The notes: a model not told the origin generated them from the letters alone. A stretch of DNA of 62,400 nt, filler included, from Choristocarpus tenellus KU-1152 (GCA_964200185.2; 10 parts of 10 records of this genome joined end to end with filler, not necessarily neighbours in it), one strand, 5' to 3'. Shown: positions 1 through 14,200, numbered from the whole stretch's first letter. Translations and numbers: made by a program.

Positions 1-1392
1 TGTGTGGGCACAGCTGTGGGGGGGGGGGGGGGGGGTGTTGGTTGTCCATTCGGGGTCCACGTTTCCATATCGCGATTCTCGGGTGAATCTGATTGCATGC
101 GTGAGATAGATAATGTAAAATCACTTCTCCTGGTCAGGGACCGAATGGACACCCTGGTGTAGACTTAACACACACCCCAGATACGTTCAGCCTAATTTTG
201 GCCATTGTGTTTGATAGGAAGTGTCAATATCCTTGTTTCGGGCAACCTTTTCATGGCATTTCCATTCTACCTACTCCGAAATATTTCAGTGTAGGAAAAT
301 GTCATTAAAAACCCATGGGAAGCCAAGCCCTTGGAAACGAACAAACAGGAGAAACCTCGTACCATCCAAGATACCTTTAATAATCAAGTGAGGTGTTATT
401 GCTTTAAACAGACTCCTGACGGTCTTCACTACTGAATATCGTCCTGATACTTGTGCAATTCATTATTCCCATAATGTCTAAGTCATGCATGACTCTAGCA
501 ATAGCCTCAGACCAACAACAACACAATCAATGCCAATGATGACTCAGGAGGAGCTCGCCAGCAGAAGGAGGGACCCTATTGATGATAATGCAGTCTCTAC
601 AACAAGGTATTATGTGAAAGAGATGTGAGCACTGTGATGAAACTCTGGGCACGCACTAGTCTGAAGGGGTGTGTGATGGTTGTTAGTGGAAGACTCGGTA
701 CGAGTGAAAGGAAATGCCATTTAGGTGACAATTTGGGGATTGAGAGGGGGTTGTATACAAGCATGACTGCATTATCTTGTGTATTGGAGTGTGAGGTAAG
801 AGATGGAAAGTGCAAGGGTAGTCCTCTATACCCCAATCTAAGTCTGCAGGAGGCGTGGTGTACCCAGCCTAGTATCATTATATCCCAGCTAACCCTTGGA
901 GTATCAAGCACCAAGTGCCCTGCTAGATTGACTCATAATTGAAACAACTGGATCACTTGCTTTTCAATACTGCTGTGATTCTCTGGCCGGTCTACTAAAG
1001 TACAATAGCCCAGATGGGAGGGATGAGCATGGATGCCGTAGGTGGGTTGGGAATGGAGCAAGCAGGGGAGGAGGAGAGTAAGGAGGGGGAGAGAGAGAGT
1101 ATAGTTGGGGAGGTGAAGGAGAAGCCAAATGGTGACGACCTGTTTGCATCAGACCCTGACCTCATGGTCAATCTTCCCCAGGTAATACTTTGACCCAGTG
1201 GGTGACGCAGGTGGTACAAAAGAGTTTGGATACCATGTGGCACATAAATCCTACATATTAACATTAGAGACTGTTAAAGAATCAGAAAGCCACAAATCAG
1301 AGAGTGTTGTGGGTACAGGCAGTCGCTGAGAGAGATGGCACCATTTCTACCTGATGTCCCACATTAGGGGCACACATATGCTACAGTGATAT

Positions 1393-1647
1393 GAGTCAAA
1401 GTATCTCAGAGGGTAGAGCCACATCCGCTTGGGGCCAAAATCCAATGTTGCGATCTTGATGTAATTTTGGCAATTGAATTGTTAGGAAGTGTAAATATCC
1501 TTTTTCCAGACACAATCTTTCACAATGTATACATTTACCTACTCTAAAACATTTTGGAATAGGTATAATGTAATAAAAAACCCGTGGGAAGCCAAGCCCC
1601 AAACGTACAAACAGAGCAAAACTCAACCCTCTAAGATACTTTCACTC
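1393..1647. mobile_element. MITE family R2 (~255-260 bp); others at 17431-17687, 19030-19289, 43206-43467 (inverted), 45842-46100, 193-380 and 40130-40196 (partial)
   Basis: TIRs GAGTCAAAGTATCTyAGAGGGT...ACCCTCTAAGATACTTTCACTC; shared internal AATCCAATGTTGCGAT...GTGTCAATATCCTT...GGGAAGCCAAGCCCC. Confidence 0.85.
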
Positions 1648-1751
1648 ACATACATTACCAGAATGCTTCATTAGCCTTCTTCTCATGCCCTACAGCATGG
1701 AACCATGTACACAAGAAGACATTAATCTCATCAAGCTCCCTCCTTCCTCTG

Positions 1752-2200
1752 TTGCAGGTCCACCCCCCAATGGATTTGAAACTGTTGGGAGTATGGTACC
1801 CAGGGCGTGGAGTCTACAACCTTACCACAAATGTCACAACCCAGCGCAGGGTGGTGATTCCTTGTAGGGCAGATGGCAACTGCTTTTATCGAGCAGTTAT
1901 GACCGCTATTGCACTAAAGCTAGCCATGGACCCAGCTACCCTTGGCGAGCACATTATGGGCAGACTGAAGGAAAATTGCAGCATCCCCTTTGTTGTTAAT
2001 GGCGGGAGCGATAAGGTAGGACTTGAACCCCTTGTGGCGATGATGTGAAAAGTGTAGATGTGCTGCTGCATTCTTCGTTTGGTTCCTCTCCTTCGAACTG
2101 TCTTCTACCTGTTGATGAAAATATTACTTGCATGCGATGTGGTAGAGTGAAGGCTACAAGTGATTGGGGGTGTGCAACTATGACTTTATTTGAGACCAAC
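1752..2200 (+). pseudogene. OTU-like cysteine protease fragment, probably transposon cargo
   Basis: VIPCRADGNCFYRAV matches the OTU catalytic DGNCxxRA motif; the frame is lost soon after and no splice model was found. Confidence 0.4.
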
Positions 2201-2722
2201 AAGCACTGTTATCCCTGAGGAAGTCCCACATTTACATGCAAAGAAGAGACACCTTAGTATTGTCTTGTTGCTTTCCCTCTATCTACCTGGTTGGTCTTGG
2301 TCTTCACTAGATATCTTCCTCTCAGTTGGAGCAAATGGTATGCACTAGACATGCTAGTATTGCTGGCTGATAGGTAGGACTTGATTGCTTTTGTCATATT
2401 CCAGCTATTGCTTTACGCACCATCCACAGAGTCATGGATGTATGGTGCACTACAACAAGGCCTTTGTGCATCACTCCGTTTATGGACAATCCATATAGTG
2501 ATACCAATAGCTTATGCCTTTGAGGTTGTCCTGTCATAACGTTTGATGTAGACATCGGATTAAAAACTAAAAGCATGTTCGTGATGCCCGTCACAATGCC
2601 CTCCGGAGTACTTTTTTTTTCTCGCCATTTGTTTTTAATAAAGAGCGCGCTCATATTGGGGTTCGAACCCTGGATTATAGGTCACCAAGGGTGGCAACAG
2701 ATACACTTTTACTTTATGAAAC

Positions 2723-2751
2723 TTAGGGTTAGGGTTAGGGTTAGGGTTAGG
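2723..2751 (+). repeat. Interstitial telomeric (TTAGGG)n array; others at ~10510-10532, 25215-25244, 48064-48086, ~53052-53066, 59676-59705 (CCCTAA), ~59939-59953, 60156-60177, ~60277-60291
   Basis: Direct reading of 2-5 unit arrays. Confidence 0.9.
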
Positions 2752-4306
2752 ATTTATGTGGGAAAAAAGCCTCCTCACCCTTTCTTCTTGTGTGTTCGCG
2801 CACCCACTCTTTGACCTCGGCAAGGATGTCTTCGTCGAAACGCCTTTCGTAGCGCCCTTGCCCCGACACATTGATGGGGCTCTTAGTTAGGAAGTCTCTC
2901 TCCCATTTACTTATAGTTTCCGACCTGACCATCGCGTATCCTGCTGCCATCTGGAGCGACGTCTTATGTTCTTTTTCGTCGTTCATACACAGGTAGAGGA
3001 TTCACAGGTTTAGATCCTTTACTATCACATTTCCTCGTTGAGCGCCAGAAATGGGCGTCGTCCGTGTTTCCTGGGCGGGTGATATTTTATCACCAAGGTG
3101 CAAGGGCGAGGGGGGACCGGCTTGAGTTGATCGAAAATTGTGTTGATTTCTCGAATGAATGAAGGATGAGGAGTAACCCTACATCAACTGTATACGTCCA
3201 ACCCCAAGTCCAGGAACAAAATTGAATGTACGGCATCTTGCAATACCTTTCACACCATACCACTAGTATGCAAATACTCTCAATATCACATTCTCTTCTT
3301 CCCTGGGATCCTCATCAATGGCTACCTCCACCTGCTTCGCAACCTCTTCGAAGTAAAGGATTTGGTGGTAGCGAAACATCTCCACGGCTACAAGTGTTAT
3401 GATCGCTTTCTCCTCCGCCTTGCGAGCCCTTTCGACCTTCTTTCAGGCTTCAGAGCCCTTGTAGCCCAACCCTAACAACTTCTTCCTCGTTTCCTTAAGC
3501 CACTCCGGCTTGCATAGCTTCCAAATAGCCAGGGCCTGCTGCAACTGTCGACTACTATGGTATTATACAACCGGGTTTTCACTTAGGCGTCTCCTGAGCG
3601 CAATGGCACGAAGTCACACTGCTCCCCTTCCCAACCCTCCCTTTGGCCGACCACCCTGGTTCTCCCTTCACCCGCTGTGACCAGGCGTCCCCACAGGCTT
3701 CGCCACCGTACCACCTGGTGATGCACCCGCCCGTCTCTTCCTGCTTTCCCGAGGCGGCAGATACTGCGTTGAAGATCCAATCACGTTCGTGAGGTAATGC
3801 TTTTAATGCATCTTCTCTCAGCGACAATGTGGCGGCCACGTGGTCCATTTCGCGATTTGATCATGCTGCTGCACCACAGTACACGCACTTTCTCGTCACC
3901 TAACATCGCACTTAGTGTCACACTGTACTTGTTTTTCTGTCGCCTCTCGACAGAGAAGGTGCCAAGAGTAGATCCAGGGGGAAGAGTGGCCTCGGTGGCT
4001 CTCCTTTTCTCACTGTTGTGGTTCATATTGCTGTGTGGGTCACCTGTGTGTGTGATCACTGAAAGTCTCCAAAAGGCGTTAAAAAGATGCCCGAAAATCT
4101 TGCTTTTTTGGTATTGCCACACGCACCATATTTTGGCAGGGGCCTATATCGGACCAGGGTTTTGCGGGGAATTCAGCCAACCACTTCATTTTTGTACCTT
4201 TTGAGGTTGTGACCGTTAAAATTGCGCTGAAGTTATTCCCCCGCGTTTTTGCCATTCTTTGATCGGGATATAGTTCCCGTTCACGGGAGTTAGTACATTT
4301 CTGCAT
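2747..4306 (-). mobile_element. Degenerate DNA-transposon ORF (N-terminal part of an IS630/Tc1-like DDE transposase), truncated at a telomeric array
   Basis: TISKWERDFLT...SGQGRYERRFDEDILAEVKEWVREHTRRKGE resembles the HTH region of such transposases; upstream frames are broken by stops. Confidence 0.4.
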
Positions 4307-4961
4307 ACAAATCTTTAACCTATCTTGGCGTAAGTGTTCATTTGATATTTATATCGTTGCATACCTCTCGTGGCAAGACAGTGAAAAAAAGCAAGATTGC
4401 CGCAGACCGCGAACCTATTGTTACCACTTTATCACCATTTTGATATTGGATAGGGTGTTGATGTCTCACTTCTCATTTGAAGTGTGAATTCGATCTTGGA
4501 GTTTTGACTCAGTCAGATTTCTTTTTGTCTTCCATTATGGATTGAAATATCATCAACTACTCAATTGCATATCATTTCCTGTTCGACATAGGTATAGAAA
4601 AGAGTATCTATGTGTTGCCGTTAGTATTTGCCCATTCGCTGAGCACTTGTTTAATAGTACGTTACAGTACTCTGAAGATTGGCATATGGACAGGTTTGTG
4701 GTTGGTCTGGTGCCTTGTGCATCCTCATGGCGTAAAACTAAAACAGGTGCTTGAAATGTTGTGTGTGTAGTTGGGTTGATGAAATAGATGACCTGTTTTT
4801 TCCCTTGATTATATACAAGCTATTTAGTTCTTTGCATTTCATCATGAAATCAAAGAGGACTCAAAAATCCTATTTTGGGGGTAGGGGACATGGCTCGTAG
4901 AGTTAAACCTCTGAGATGTTTATCAGAGCACCATTGACTCTAAGCCCATGCAACCATTGAC

Positions 4962-5061
4962 NNNNNNNNNNNNNNNNNNNNNNNNNNNNNNNNNNNNNNN
5001 NNNNNTTAATTAATTAANNNNNNNNNNNNNNNNNNNNNNNNNNNNNNNNNNNNNNNNNNNN
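4962..5061. other. Artificial contig-joining spacer (N44-TTAATTAATTAA-N44); same spacer at 11687-11786, 16677-16776, 21412-21511, 25923-26022, 33461-33560, 40197-40296, 48484-48583, 56853-56952
   Basis: Identical 100-nt pattern nine times; the core has stop codons in all six frames; content on either side is unrelated. Confidence 0.98.
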
Positions 5062-8000
5062 GGATGTGGAACACCCTGCGGCAAAAGTGCTGGTAGAACT
5101 GGCCGATCAACAGGACCAAGGGGTGAACGGAAACCAGACAGGGGAAGGGGGGCGGGGGGACTTAGAACGGTTAGACATAGGTGTCGTCAGTAACGCCTCT
5201 GTACCCTATATGAGGTGAGGGTTTGAGATTGGTGATGTTGCATGAACAAAGTGATGCACACCGTGTACAGGGAGTGTAATTATGTTGGTTATTTTGACTG
5301 GTTTTGTGTTGCGGGGTGAAAGTTGTTCTGTGAGAGAGCTCTGTGTGTGGTATTCAGATTCGAAAATGATATTGATTCCGTCTGCCTTCCATGTCTGTAA
5401 TTATGTTTTTTTATCCAATGGTATTTTGCAACAGAGGTGTGAGGTGAATCAGACGGGAAATGTGCAATAATAATATAACGTGAGAGGCTCCGCAAGTTTG
5501 ATGTGGTCGGATTCGTCTCGTGAGGAACGGTGTGTGTCGTGAGGTTGTCGTCTCATTCTCATGAGTGATCCTTAATCTAGCATTTGTAGAAAGTGGTGCT
5601 TATCTTCTTCCCCCATTGGAGGTGAAAATCGAATTGTGATGTACTTGCATGTTTTTTGTTTTGTTGTGTGTGCAAATTATTGTCCTCTCTTATCTAGATT
5701 TCTGCTGTTCGTGCTCATGTCTTAGAGACACAACTTAAAACATAGTTACAGTTATATGTGCACTTACCTATTTGACTTGTGCTCGTGTACGTATATGTAC
5801 GTATATATATATATGTATATATATATATGTATATATATGTAGTGTTTTATACCTAAGTATCAACATGTGCACATTTTGACTTTTTCTTGGACTTGGATGC
5901 ATGTTTGACATACGGTCATTGTTGTGCGCCTTACCCTCATGTATGCAATGTATTTCAGATGCATCATTGTGAATGCTTATCTCATGGGCAAACATTTAGT
6001 GGTCTGTGCGTGTGAGTATCGTCATGTACACCTTTGCATGCACATATGCACACTTAACCCCACAGACACATAATTATGTTACATATATTTAATGGTCTGT
6101 ACGTGTGAGTATTGTCATGTACGCCTTTGCATGGATACACACACACACACCCGACCTTACAGACACATAATTATGTACACATATTTAATGGACATATTTG
6201 TGCTTGTGTAAGGTGGGAGACGGTACAACCTCAGTGGTCATCATTGCAGCTGAGCTCTTGAAGCGTGCCAATGAGCTCATAAAGAACAAGATACACCCTA
6301 CCACAGTCATGAGCGGTTATCGCCTGGCCCTGAAGGAGTCCGTCAAGTACATCAAACAAAACCTCTGCGTCCCTGTTGACAAGCTAGGAAGGTAAGCGCT
6401 GTAGGGGTGAAGATGGGAAGGCGTTTTAAGTCAGTGGTGCAGTGGTATGATGGGGACAGAAGCCTGGGGGTAGTAGGATTTATTGAACACTTTTGGCGTT
6501 ACATAAACGCCTCCCACTGTATTAGCAACATCATTGCACATGCCTCCGATATTTCCTTGTCGACAGTCTCTGATTCGTTGGGGGAAGTTTACCGCCTGCT
6601 ACATTTGAAACCTGGTTTATTTGTGCAGAGGAGGTTGAGAGAAGAGTTGGAAGTTGATACCGCTAGGGGGGAGGAAAAGGTTTTGTGCTATTGCAACATG
6701 TTAGTGCGGCGTTGAGGATTGATACGTAAATATTTGTATCGATACGGTTGGTGTGCTCGCTCTTGTCTTCTCCCACTTGGAATTTTAGAAGGGCGTGTAG
6801 TTATTGAATGAAATGTGATGGATCTGGAGGAAACATCACGGAGTGATATAACAGGCCTTTATCCGCTTGGGGATTGAGTACTTTTTCGCAGCTGATCTTG
6901 AAGATTCGCCAATGTGTCCAAATTTTGCATCTTTGACTTCGTTACCGCCTTCTCTTTTGTGGGAGGTAGATGAGGTGTACGAGATGATCATTCATTCTGT
7001 TCCACTTGTCGAAGTAAAAAACCATTTTGTTCAAGATCTGTATCACCGACGTCCTAGGAAAATCCAAATTTTGAATCTTTTGTTTTTTTGGCGCATGTGT
7101 GTTTTGGTTTTAGATGTCAAGTATCCAAATTCTGCACCTTTTCCTTGTGGAGGGGAATGGGGGGGGGGGGGCGGGGGGCGGTGAATCTGTGTATTTTTTT
7201 TCATGAGAAGTAGATGGTGTCTCTAATACGATCAGTTTTGCACCGAATTTAAATATCCATTTTAATTTTTTTTTCAATGTTAATGTTTGCACTGCATTGT
7301 AGACATCGATTTATGGGATAGTAGAGAGCTGGGGTGAAGGGCCCCCCTTGAACAGCTTGAATCTGCAACAGAACAGGGTAGTGTAAGACGGTGGTCAATC
7401 GGGCATGGTGATCAATGGGACATGGTGTGCTCGAAAGCTAGCGACATGGCCAACACTTACTGAATTCTTTCTTCACACCCTGGTTTGATGACCTGTACGA
7501 AATTTGAATGTGAAAGAGGCAAATCCAGGGGTAGTGTTGGGCATTGTAAAGGTTGATGTGAAGGTGTTCGCATGACTTGAGTGGATGTTGCCACGCTTAA
7601 CTTTTGAGTGAACCGCCGCCCATTCTCCAAACCGTTCTACAACCTCAAGAACTTGGTCAAGGTGTCTCTGTGATGGAGATAGTATTGCTTGTGTAAGAAC
7701 AGCGATGATGATGGTGATGATGATGATAAAAAATAAAAAATAATAATAATATTGAGGGGAGTGGAGGGAGGTTGAACTTGATTTGTTACCTCTTGGCTTA
7801 CGGTAAGATTTTATGGAGTAACCGTCTTTTTATTTTTGTTTATGAACAGTACCAGATAGGGTTAGGGTTGTACTGGTAATGTGTTGTTGCTGTTCTAAGT
7901 GTGGTTTGTGAGGATATGCAGCCCAAGGTGTGGCTTTGTGTGTTTTACTAACAGCAATGCGGTGGAGACGTGGGTGAGTATGGACCGGAATGAACCATGC

Positions 8001-11000
8001 TTTGCTCCATGAAGAGCAGTTACAGGTATGAGTTGATGTGTCAGGTCGTGTCCGGTGTGTTTGTTGTCAGTTTTATTGTGGCAATGAAATTGCAAACTAC
8101 CCCAGGCCCCAGGAAGCACATTGACCTAATTTGTTATGCTTTATTCAGCTGGTGGATTCTTCCTTGCAGTTACATGGTGAGAAAGGGGGCGAGGTGAGAA
8201 GAGTTCTAGGACCAATCCCCATCAATCGGAAACAACACACACACCTCTGTAGGAGAATCGTAGACACATACTGTTCCACGAACAGTACCAGAAACTTGCC
8301 ATTCTAGAACCTTACATTCCTCTTGTCGTGGCTACTGCCTGGATGTTTCTCAGCATCCAATCGGCTGCCATTTAACGTTCTTCCAGCCTGATCCGTACCT
8401 CATGCACACTCTGTCATGTAGGCCCAATCTCATAAATGCGGCGAGGACCTCCATGAGTTCCAAGATACTGGGTCCGGAGAGCGAGTTCTTTGCTTCGTTG
8501 GCTGTTGATGCCGTCACAGCTGTTAGAACCGAAACGGAAGGGGACATGGGAAAGAAGGTTTTTTTTTTTGAAGAACACAAAAATATATACATATGTATGT
8601 ATGTATGTATGTATTATCCATACGTGTGAAAGGGTTTGAATGTGTTGCTTTAGACTAACAAAAGAAAAAGGAATAGTTGTTTTTTGTGGACATTGTTTTT
8701 TTTATTGTTTCCTTTGACCGGTGTTGAATTTTCTTTTTTTAATATCAGGCAGAGTTTTTTTTGGTCGAGTGAGCGGCTGACTCTCTTTTTTATTATTTTA
8801 TTTTTTATTGTTGTTGTGAGGTATGGGGTTATTTCAGGTGGGTAGGTAAGTAGGTAGAGGTCATCTCCCTCTTTTATGAGTGTGTTTTAGAAAAAATAAA
8901 CTTATCTTTTTACGCCCTTTAATACTTTTTGGGGGGAGGGCTGTCTGATGACAATTTCATAATGTGGTACCTAGTGTGAACCCGTAACTGAAACAAACTT
9001 TATTGGTATATATATATATATTTTAATTCCATGTCAGAAGGTGTGGGTTGGTTGGGTAGATACACCTCCATTTTCTTTTTTCGTCTCATTGACATGTTTG
9101 CACTCTGAAATGTAGAATTGCAAAGGTGGTAAAGATCGACCTATGGCATGGATACACCTCACTTTTCCATCCAATGTGTTGTAGCTGGAAATGTCATAAT
9201 TTCCACTGTGTAAATCACATGCGTATTTTTTTTTTCTAGTGTGTTTTTTTTCAAAATATTTCAAAATTTTGAAACGGATAAAACTATATATATGTAACTG
9301 CCACAAAATCTCCAACGAACACTTTCTGACCTGACCCTCTTATTTTATTTATTTCCTCTCTACTAAACAAGCAGTTGGTCAAGTACCCAGTATCAGCTGT
9401 GCATATCCTCAAGTGCCATGGAAAGAGCTCCCTCGATTCCCACATGGAAAAGGGTTATGCACTTAACTGCACCAGGGCGTCACAGGGGATGCCTACGGTG
9501 GTGAAGGGGGCAAAGGTGGCTTGTCTAGACATCAACCTTCAACGCCACAAGATGTCTATGGGGGTACAGGTGGGGCGATTGGAAGGGGGGTGTGTAGTGG
9601 TGTGTTGCGAATGGTTTGTGTTGCTTTCTGCGAGCTCATTGGGTGTGTTTGGGTTGGTTTTTTGCGCCTGTCAAGGTGTGTGATGGAGGGGTCTAAGAAC
9701 CGTTCGTTTTGTTACTTCTAGTGCTGTGTAATTTTCTTAGAAAGTTTTATTAGATTATATTTTTATTTTATTTTATTGAAGTGTTAAATTGTTGTTCGAT
9801 TCTCGTGATTCTTGTGCATTTGGCGTGAGCGGAGATTGATTGCTGAAGATCGCTGCATTCAGGCAGATCATGTCGGAGTTGCTTTGCTGTGGCAGCCTCT
9901 ATTTTGGCCAAGTGATAGAAGAGTATGTGTTTTTAGGCGAGTTGGATGACTTGTACAGGAGAGGATTGATGTCAATGAAGCTGTTCATTCTGCCGTTGTT
10001 GTGAGTTATGCGAGTGACAGTGATGTTTGTGATGATGTTTGGGTTGGAGTGAGATAAAACCGCCTGTTTGGTGTAGCACCTTTTCCGTAACTGTGACGCC
10101 CCTTACTCTTGGAGGATATGTAGCGTTTGTGTACTTCACCAAGAGCATTACTTTTGTTTTGTAATGTTCTCATGTTCATGCTGTTTATGCTGTGATACTG
10201 GTGAGGTGAAGGGATTGGTATGAAGAGGTACATATGTGCACCAATAGAAAAAAGCTTGTTCGTCGAGTGATCCAATAGGATGATATCATTTTTTTTTATT
10301 ACTCCTTGACACGGTAAGGTTTCGCTGCTGTAGGTGTGGGAAGTAGTTCCTGGATGAGGGGTGTGTTTTTGATGGAGACAAGATGCAAAAAGAGTATTCC
10401 CTCAGTAGATTTCTACCAGAAATGATACTGCTCAGGACTTAACATCGACAATGTGTTTCACCTCACCACTCAATACGAATTTCTTCCATGATGTGGTACA
10501 GTGGAGGGTTTAGGTTATAGGGTTAGGGTTAGTGTTAGTGTACTTACCGGTCATGGTTCAAATCTTGAGGTGGTGTTGTATTGGACGGTGGGGAGGTAGA
10601 ACAGAGGACATTTGTGTTTGTATTGCTTTGATTTTTTTCTTATTGTATTGGAAAATCGCACTGCTTTGTATTTATTTTTTACAAAAAACAAAAATGATAG
10701 TATCATTTTTGCAAGTAGAAACGGGTTGTTCGTTGTGTTCAGCCAATGGGGTGGTCTCATGGGGGTGAGAAGGGATGTTTCCACCAATAGAATCGACTTG
10801 CGTTTTATGTTTGGCTAATGAGGTGCTGTCGTGGCACGAGGAGTAACATTTCCACCAATAGAACCAGCTTGTTGCGTTGGGCCAATGGAATACTGTCATT
10901 ACTTTTGATTTGGTAAGGTGGTGGTGAAGGATGTGAAGGAAGTGGATGCCATTCGACAGAGAGAAATGGACATCACCAAGGAACGAATTGAGAAGATACT

Positions 11001-11571
11001 GGCCTCTGGTGCTACAGTGGTCCTCACCACCAAGGGTATTGATGACTTGTGCCTCAAGTACTTTGTTCAGGCGGGGGCGATGGCTGTGAGGTGAGCTGGG
11101 GTTTCCCAATAAAATTCTGATTTTTTTCCAGGTTTTTCTATTTTTTCTTCCCTGGTATTAGTAATACCTGCATATAATATGTGTGGACACAGTGGGCCTT
11201 GCTCGAGCTATTATGCTTCATTGACTTTGGAAGGCATTGTGCCAATGATTTTTTAGATGGTATGGTGTACAATATGCAACCTTCACGACCTTCAATGGTG
11301 TACAATAAAATTGAAACTGCAGAAAGTTGTAAATGGAGATACATCACACAAGATCCAGCATCGAGACCTTTTTAAAGATTAATTGTAACAAACAAAACAC
11401 AAAGTGTGATCAACTGTTCAATTTGGTGTGATGTTTCGATGTTGTAGGCGGGTTAAGAAGGAGGACATGAGGCGTATTGCCAAGGCTACAGGGGCAAAGA
11501 TTGTGACGACAATGGCAGACATGGAGGGTAATGAGGCGTTTGACCCAGAGGTTCTTGGGGAAGCAGAGGAG
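5062..11571 (+). CDS. TCP1: T-complex protein 1 subunit alpha (CCT-alpha chaperonin), partial, 6 exons
   Basis: Exons 5062-5122 ([20 protein letters not shown]), 6213-6391 ([39 protein letters not shown]), 8422-8557 ([17 protein letters not shown]), 9375-9569 ([16 protein letters not shown]...[14 protein letters not shown]), 10918-11090 ([39 protein letters not shown]), 11448-11571 ([16 protein letters not shown]). All introns are GT-AG with compatible phases; GDGTT ATP-binding motif present. Confidence 0.96.
5992..6192 (+). repeat. Diverged ~95-bp tandem duplication at the 3' end of a TCP1 intron
   Basis: TGGTCTGT.CGTGTGAGTAT.GTCATGTAC.CCTTTGCATG...ACAGACACATAATTATGT occurs twice. Confidence 0.8.
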
Positions 11572-11889
11572 GTGAGACTGACCTAGAGGAGATATACTTG
11601 CAAGCATAGCACAGGGGAGGGGGGGGGGGCATCAAAGGAATTGAGGGAAAGAGACACTCCTTTTCCCTCGTGAGTGTTTCTGCCCANNNNNNNNNNNNNN
11701 NNNNNNNNNNNNNNNNNNNNNNNNNNNNNNTTAATTAATTAANNNNNNNNNNNNNNNNNNNNNNNNNNNNNNNNNNNNNNNNNNNNTTTTTTTCTTTGGT
11801 TTGGTAATGTAAGTGGGTTTTTTTCTGGGTTTGGGGCAAAAGGGCCCCCTGGTTGACCCCCCCCCCCCCCCCCCCTGAGAAACTTTGGA

Positions 11890-14200
11890 TCTCAGGAAAT
11901 ACATTACAAGTCTGTATACTGGATGCAATGCCACTGTCTGCAATATCACTGGGGACTATGGTGCCATCGCAATGATCAACTGACTTGGTCCATGCTTCCC
12001 CAATTTATGTTGCAGTTCCCACGCCAAATGCGTCCTTGGGCTCAAACCACTGCCAGAATCTCCAGTTCCTCAGTAGTGTCGTTCATACTGATATTGTTTA
12101 AAGCATCAAGACGGTGACCTCTCCAGGTAACAAGTTCTCCTCATCCGACAATATTTCAGCAAAGGCAGACTTTTTGTTGACGGGGGAAAATCCAGGCATT
12201 TGCTCGTTCAGCTATGCAATTATGCAATGAACCTTCACTGCATCCATGCTGTTCAAGACTTGCCTGTAGTTCTCCCAGATCAATAAAGACGTTGGCCTCA
12301 TCTTTTTTTGTCACGGGACCGGTCAGGAAAAGGAGAGTGATTATTTGCGCAATGCTCAAGAAGAGAGATTGTGGAAGACTTTGAAGGGCATCTAGTGCAG
12401 TTTTCCCCTGAGCATTGGCATATGCGCCATTGCAGTGACTTGATGCGAAGTGGTGTGACACCCCCCCACAGTCCTTATTTTGTTGCTCTCAAAATCGCCT
12501 CAACACGTACTTGATGCAGCATGGATGAAGGAAGAAATCGTCTGAGTGGTTTAGAGACCACGATGATTATATACTTCACAAGCATCTTATTTTTGACTCC
12601 TTTCGACGATCTTCCTGTGAATGTTGTCAAGGGAGAGACCAAGGTAGAGGACACAGCGGAGGTGTGACTGAATTCGTAGCACACCGTTTATTGGATTGTT
12701 TGCGATATAATATGTCTTGTATGGTTATATATTTAAGCAGAGTTGCACCCGTTACAAATTCATGTTTTCTATCAAGTATTTAATAAGGATAATAAATCGA
12801 TCATTTGTAGTACATCTTCCATGTCTTCTAGGGGAATTATTGAGCAAATTTGTGTTACAGGCGATATGTCTTGATGGCGGTTTCATAAACACCATTATGA
12901 CCTTGAAGTCCTAGATTTGATATATTTGTACTTCTTGACGATTTATTATTTGGTCATTATGGTCCCCGATTGTGATAAGACATCGTAGACAAGTTCCTTT
13001 TTATACGATGATATTGATGATAATCCAAGTGAGAGATCCAGCATACTTGACTTGTTTCTCAGGAGTCCTATACGTGCATCAATATCATATTTAGGCCTGT
13101 AGGTGGGAGCTATACATCCCGTGGAGGTAATCTTTGGGGGCGCGCTGTAACACTTACGCCTTTGCTGAAGTGGTGTATAGGTGTATTACTTTCTATATTA
13201 GCCTTGTGTTGGTAGGTAGTGACGTTGCCAGCTTCGTTGATTAATATTTTCTTGGAAAATACTCTAATACTTGTACTTTTTGGGTGGTAGAGATCATGTA
13301 AGGAATATGTATTTGTTGTGCCTCACCGTATATGTCGCAGTTCTTGCACAGGAAAAATTGGCATACTTGAGCATAGTTATCCTAATAATACAATCTTCGA
13401 AACATCCTCAATGGTTGTACTTGGCCAGTAAGTGCTGGCCTTCCAGGAAAGTCCAATTTCCAGTGAAGTCAATCTCTTGATGAGTCTACTTGCAAGTCCA
13501 GGATTGAAGGATGCCAGTGATAGACGCGGGATGTCTCCCTGTCTTGACGAGCAATCATAATCTCCGCAAATGCTTGCCATGAACTTATCACTTGCGGACT
13601 TGTATTATGCCCGTGTAAGAGTAAACCATACCATATGAAGGGTTAGGATATTGAGCTGGACCCGTACAACAGTTGAGCATATTTCCAAGACTTACAGTTA
13701 GAGCTACGTTCAGATATAAATAGTATCATACCTCTAACCAGGTCTTTGGTAGCCATGATGCCAGCATGTTCTGGTTCCCGTTTTTTACTTTGGAGGGGCA
13801 GTCAGTGTTCCGGGTAATGAGGGCTACAGTTGTTGGATCCTGCTCCTAGGATCATGTGCAAAGAACATGCCAAGTGTTTGTGAGTGAGATCCATTTGTCA
13901 ACATCTCATACCACATACCAGACAATGGCAGTGAGGAAGATTTGCGCCATGAAATGCATGTGAAAAGCCGTTGACATGACGAGGATAACTGGCCTTCTCT
14001 CGATCCCATATCTCTCTCATTCTGCTATGCATCTGCGAGTGTCCGATTTATCTATGGCAACTTCAACGCAAAAAAAATGTAAAATGCGATCGTGCCTCCG
14101 ATATTTGATATGCCTTCACATTGTCTTGAGATTCGATTACAGTGGTTTCAGAGTCTATCATACGTGGAGCTTCTTTCAGCCACTTCTGACCTCCTCCCTT
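11890..14200 (-). mobile_element. Highly degenerate hAT-like transposase
   Basis: Scattered motif remnants in hAT order (LCSSMPIFPVQ ~ WxxxDxRPFSIVE; GVSVTAR ~ YLSVTAH; HIACNTNLLNN ~ CxxHxLNL); many stops; adjacent to hAT-type MITEs. Confidence 0.35.

Noticed and set aside
4962-5061. Recurrent TTAATTAATTAA palindrome and ORFs ending ...XXXLIN
   Set aside because: Artificial six-frame-stop linker between concatenated contigs.
10672-11109. 145-aa minus-strand ORF and similar ORFs opposite exons (11410-11607, 25592-25828, 54153-54425, 59648-59902)
   Set aside because: Antisense shadows of real plus-strand exons.
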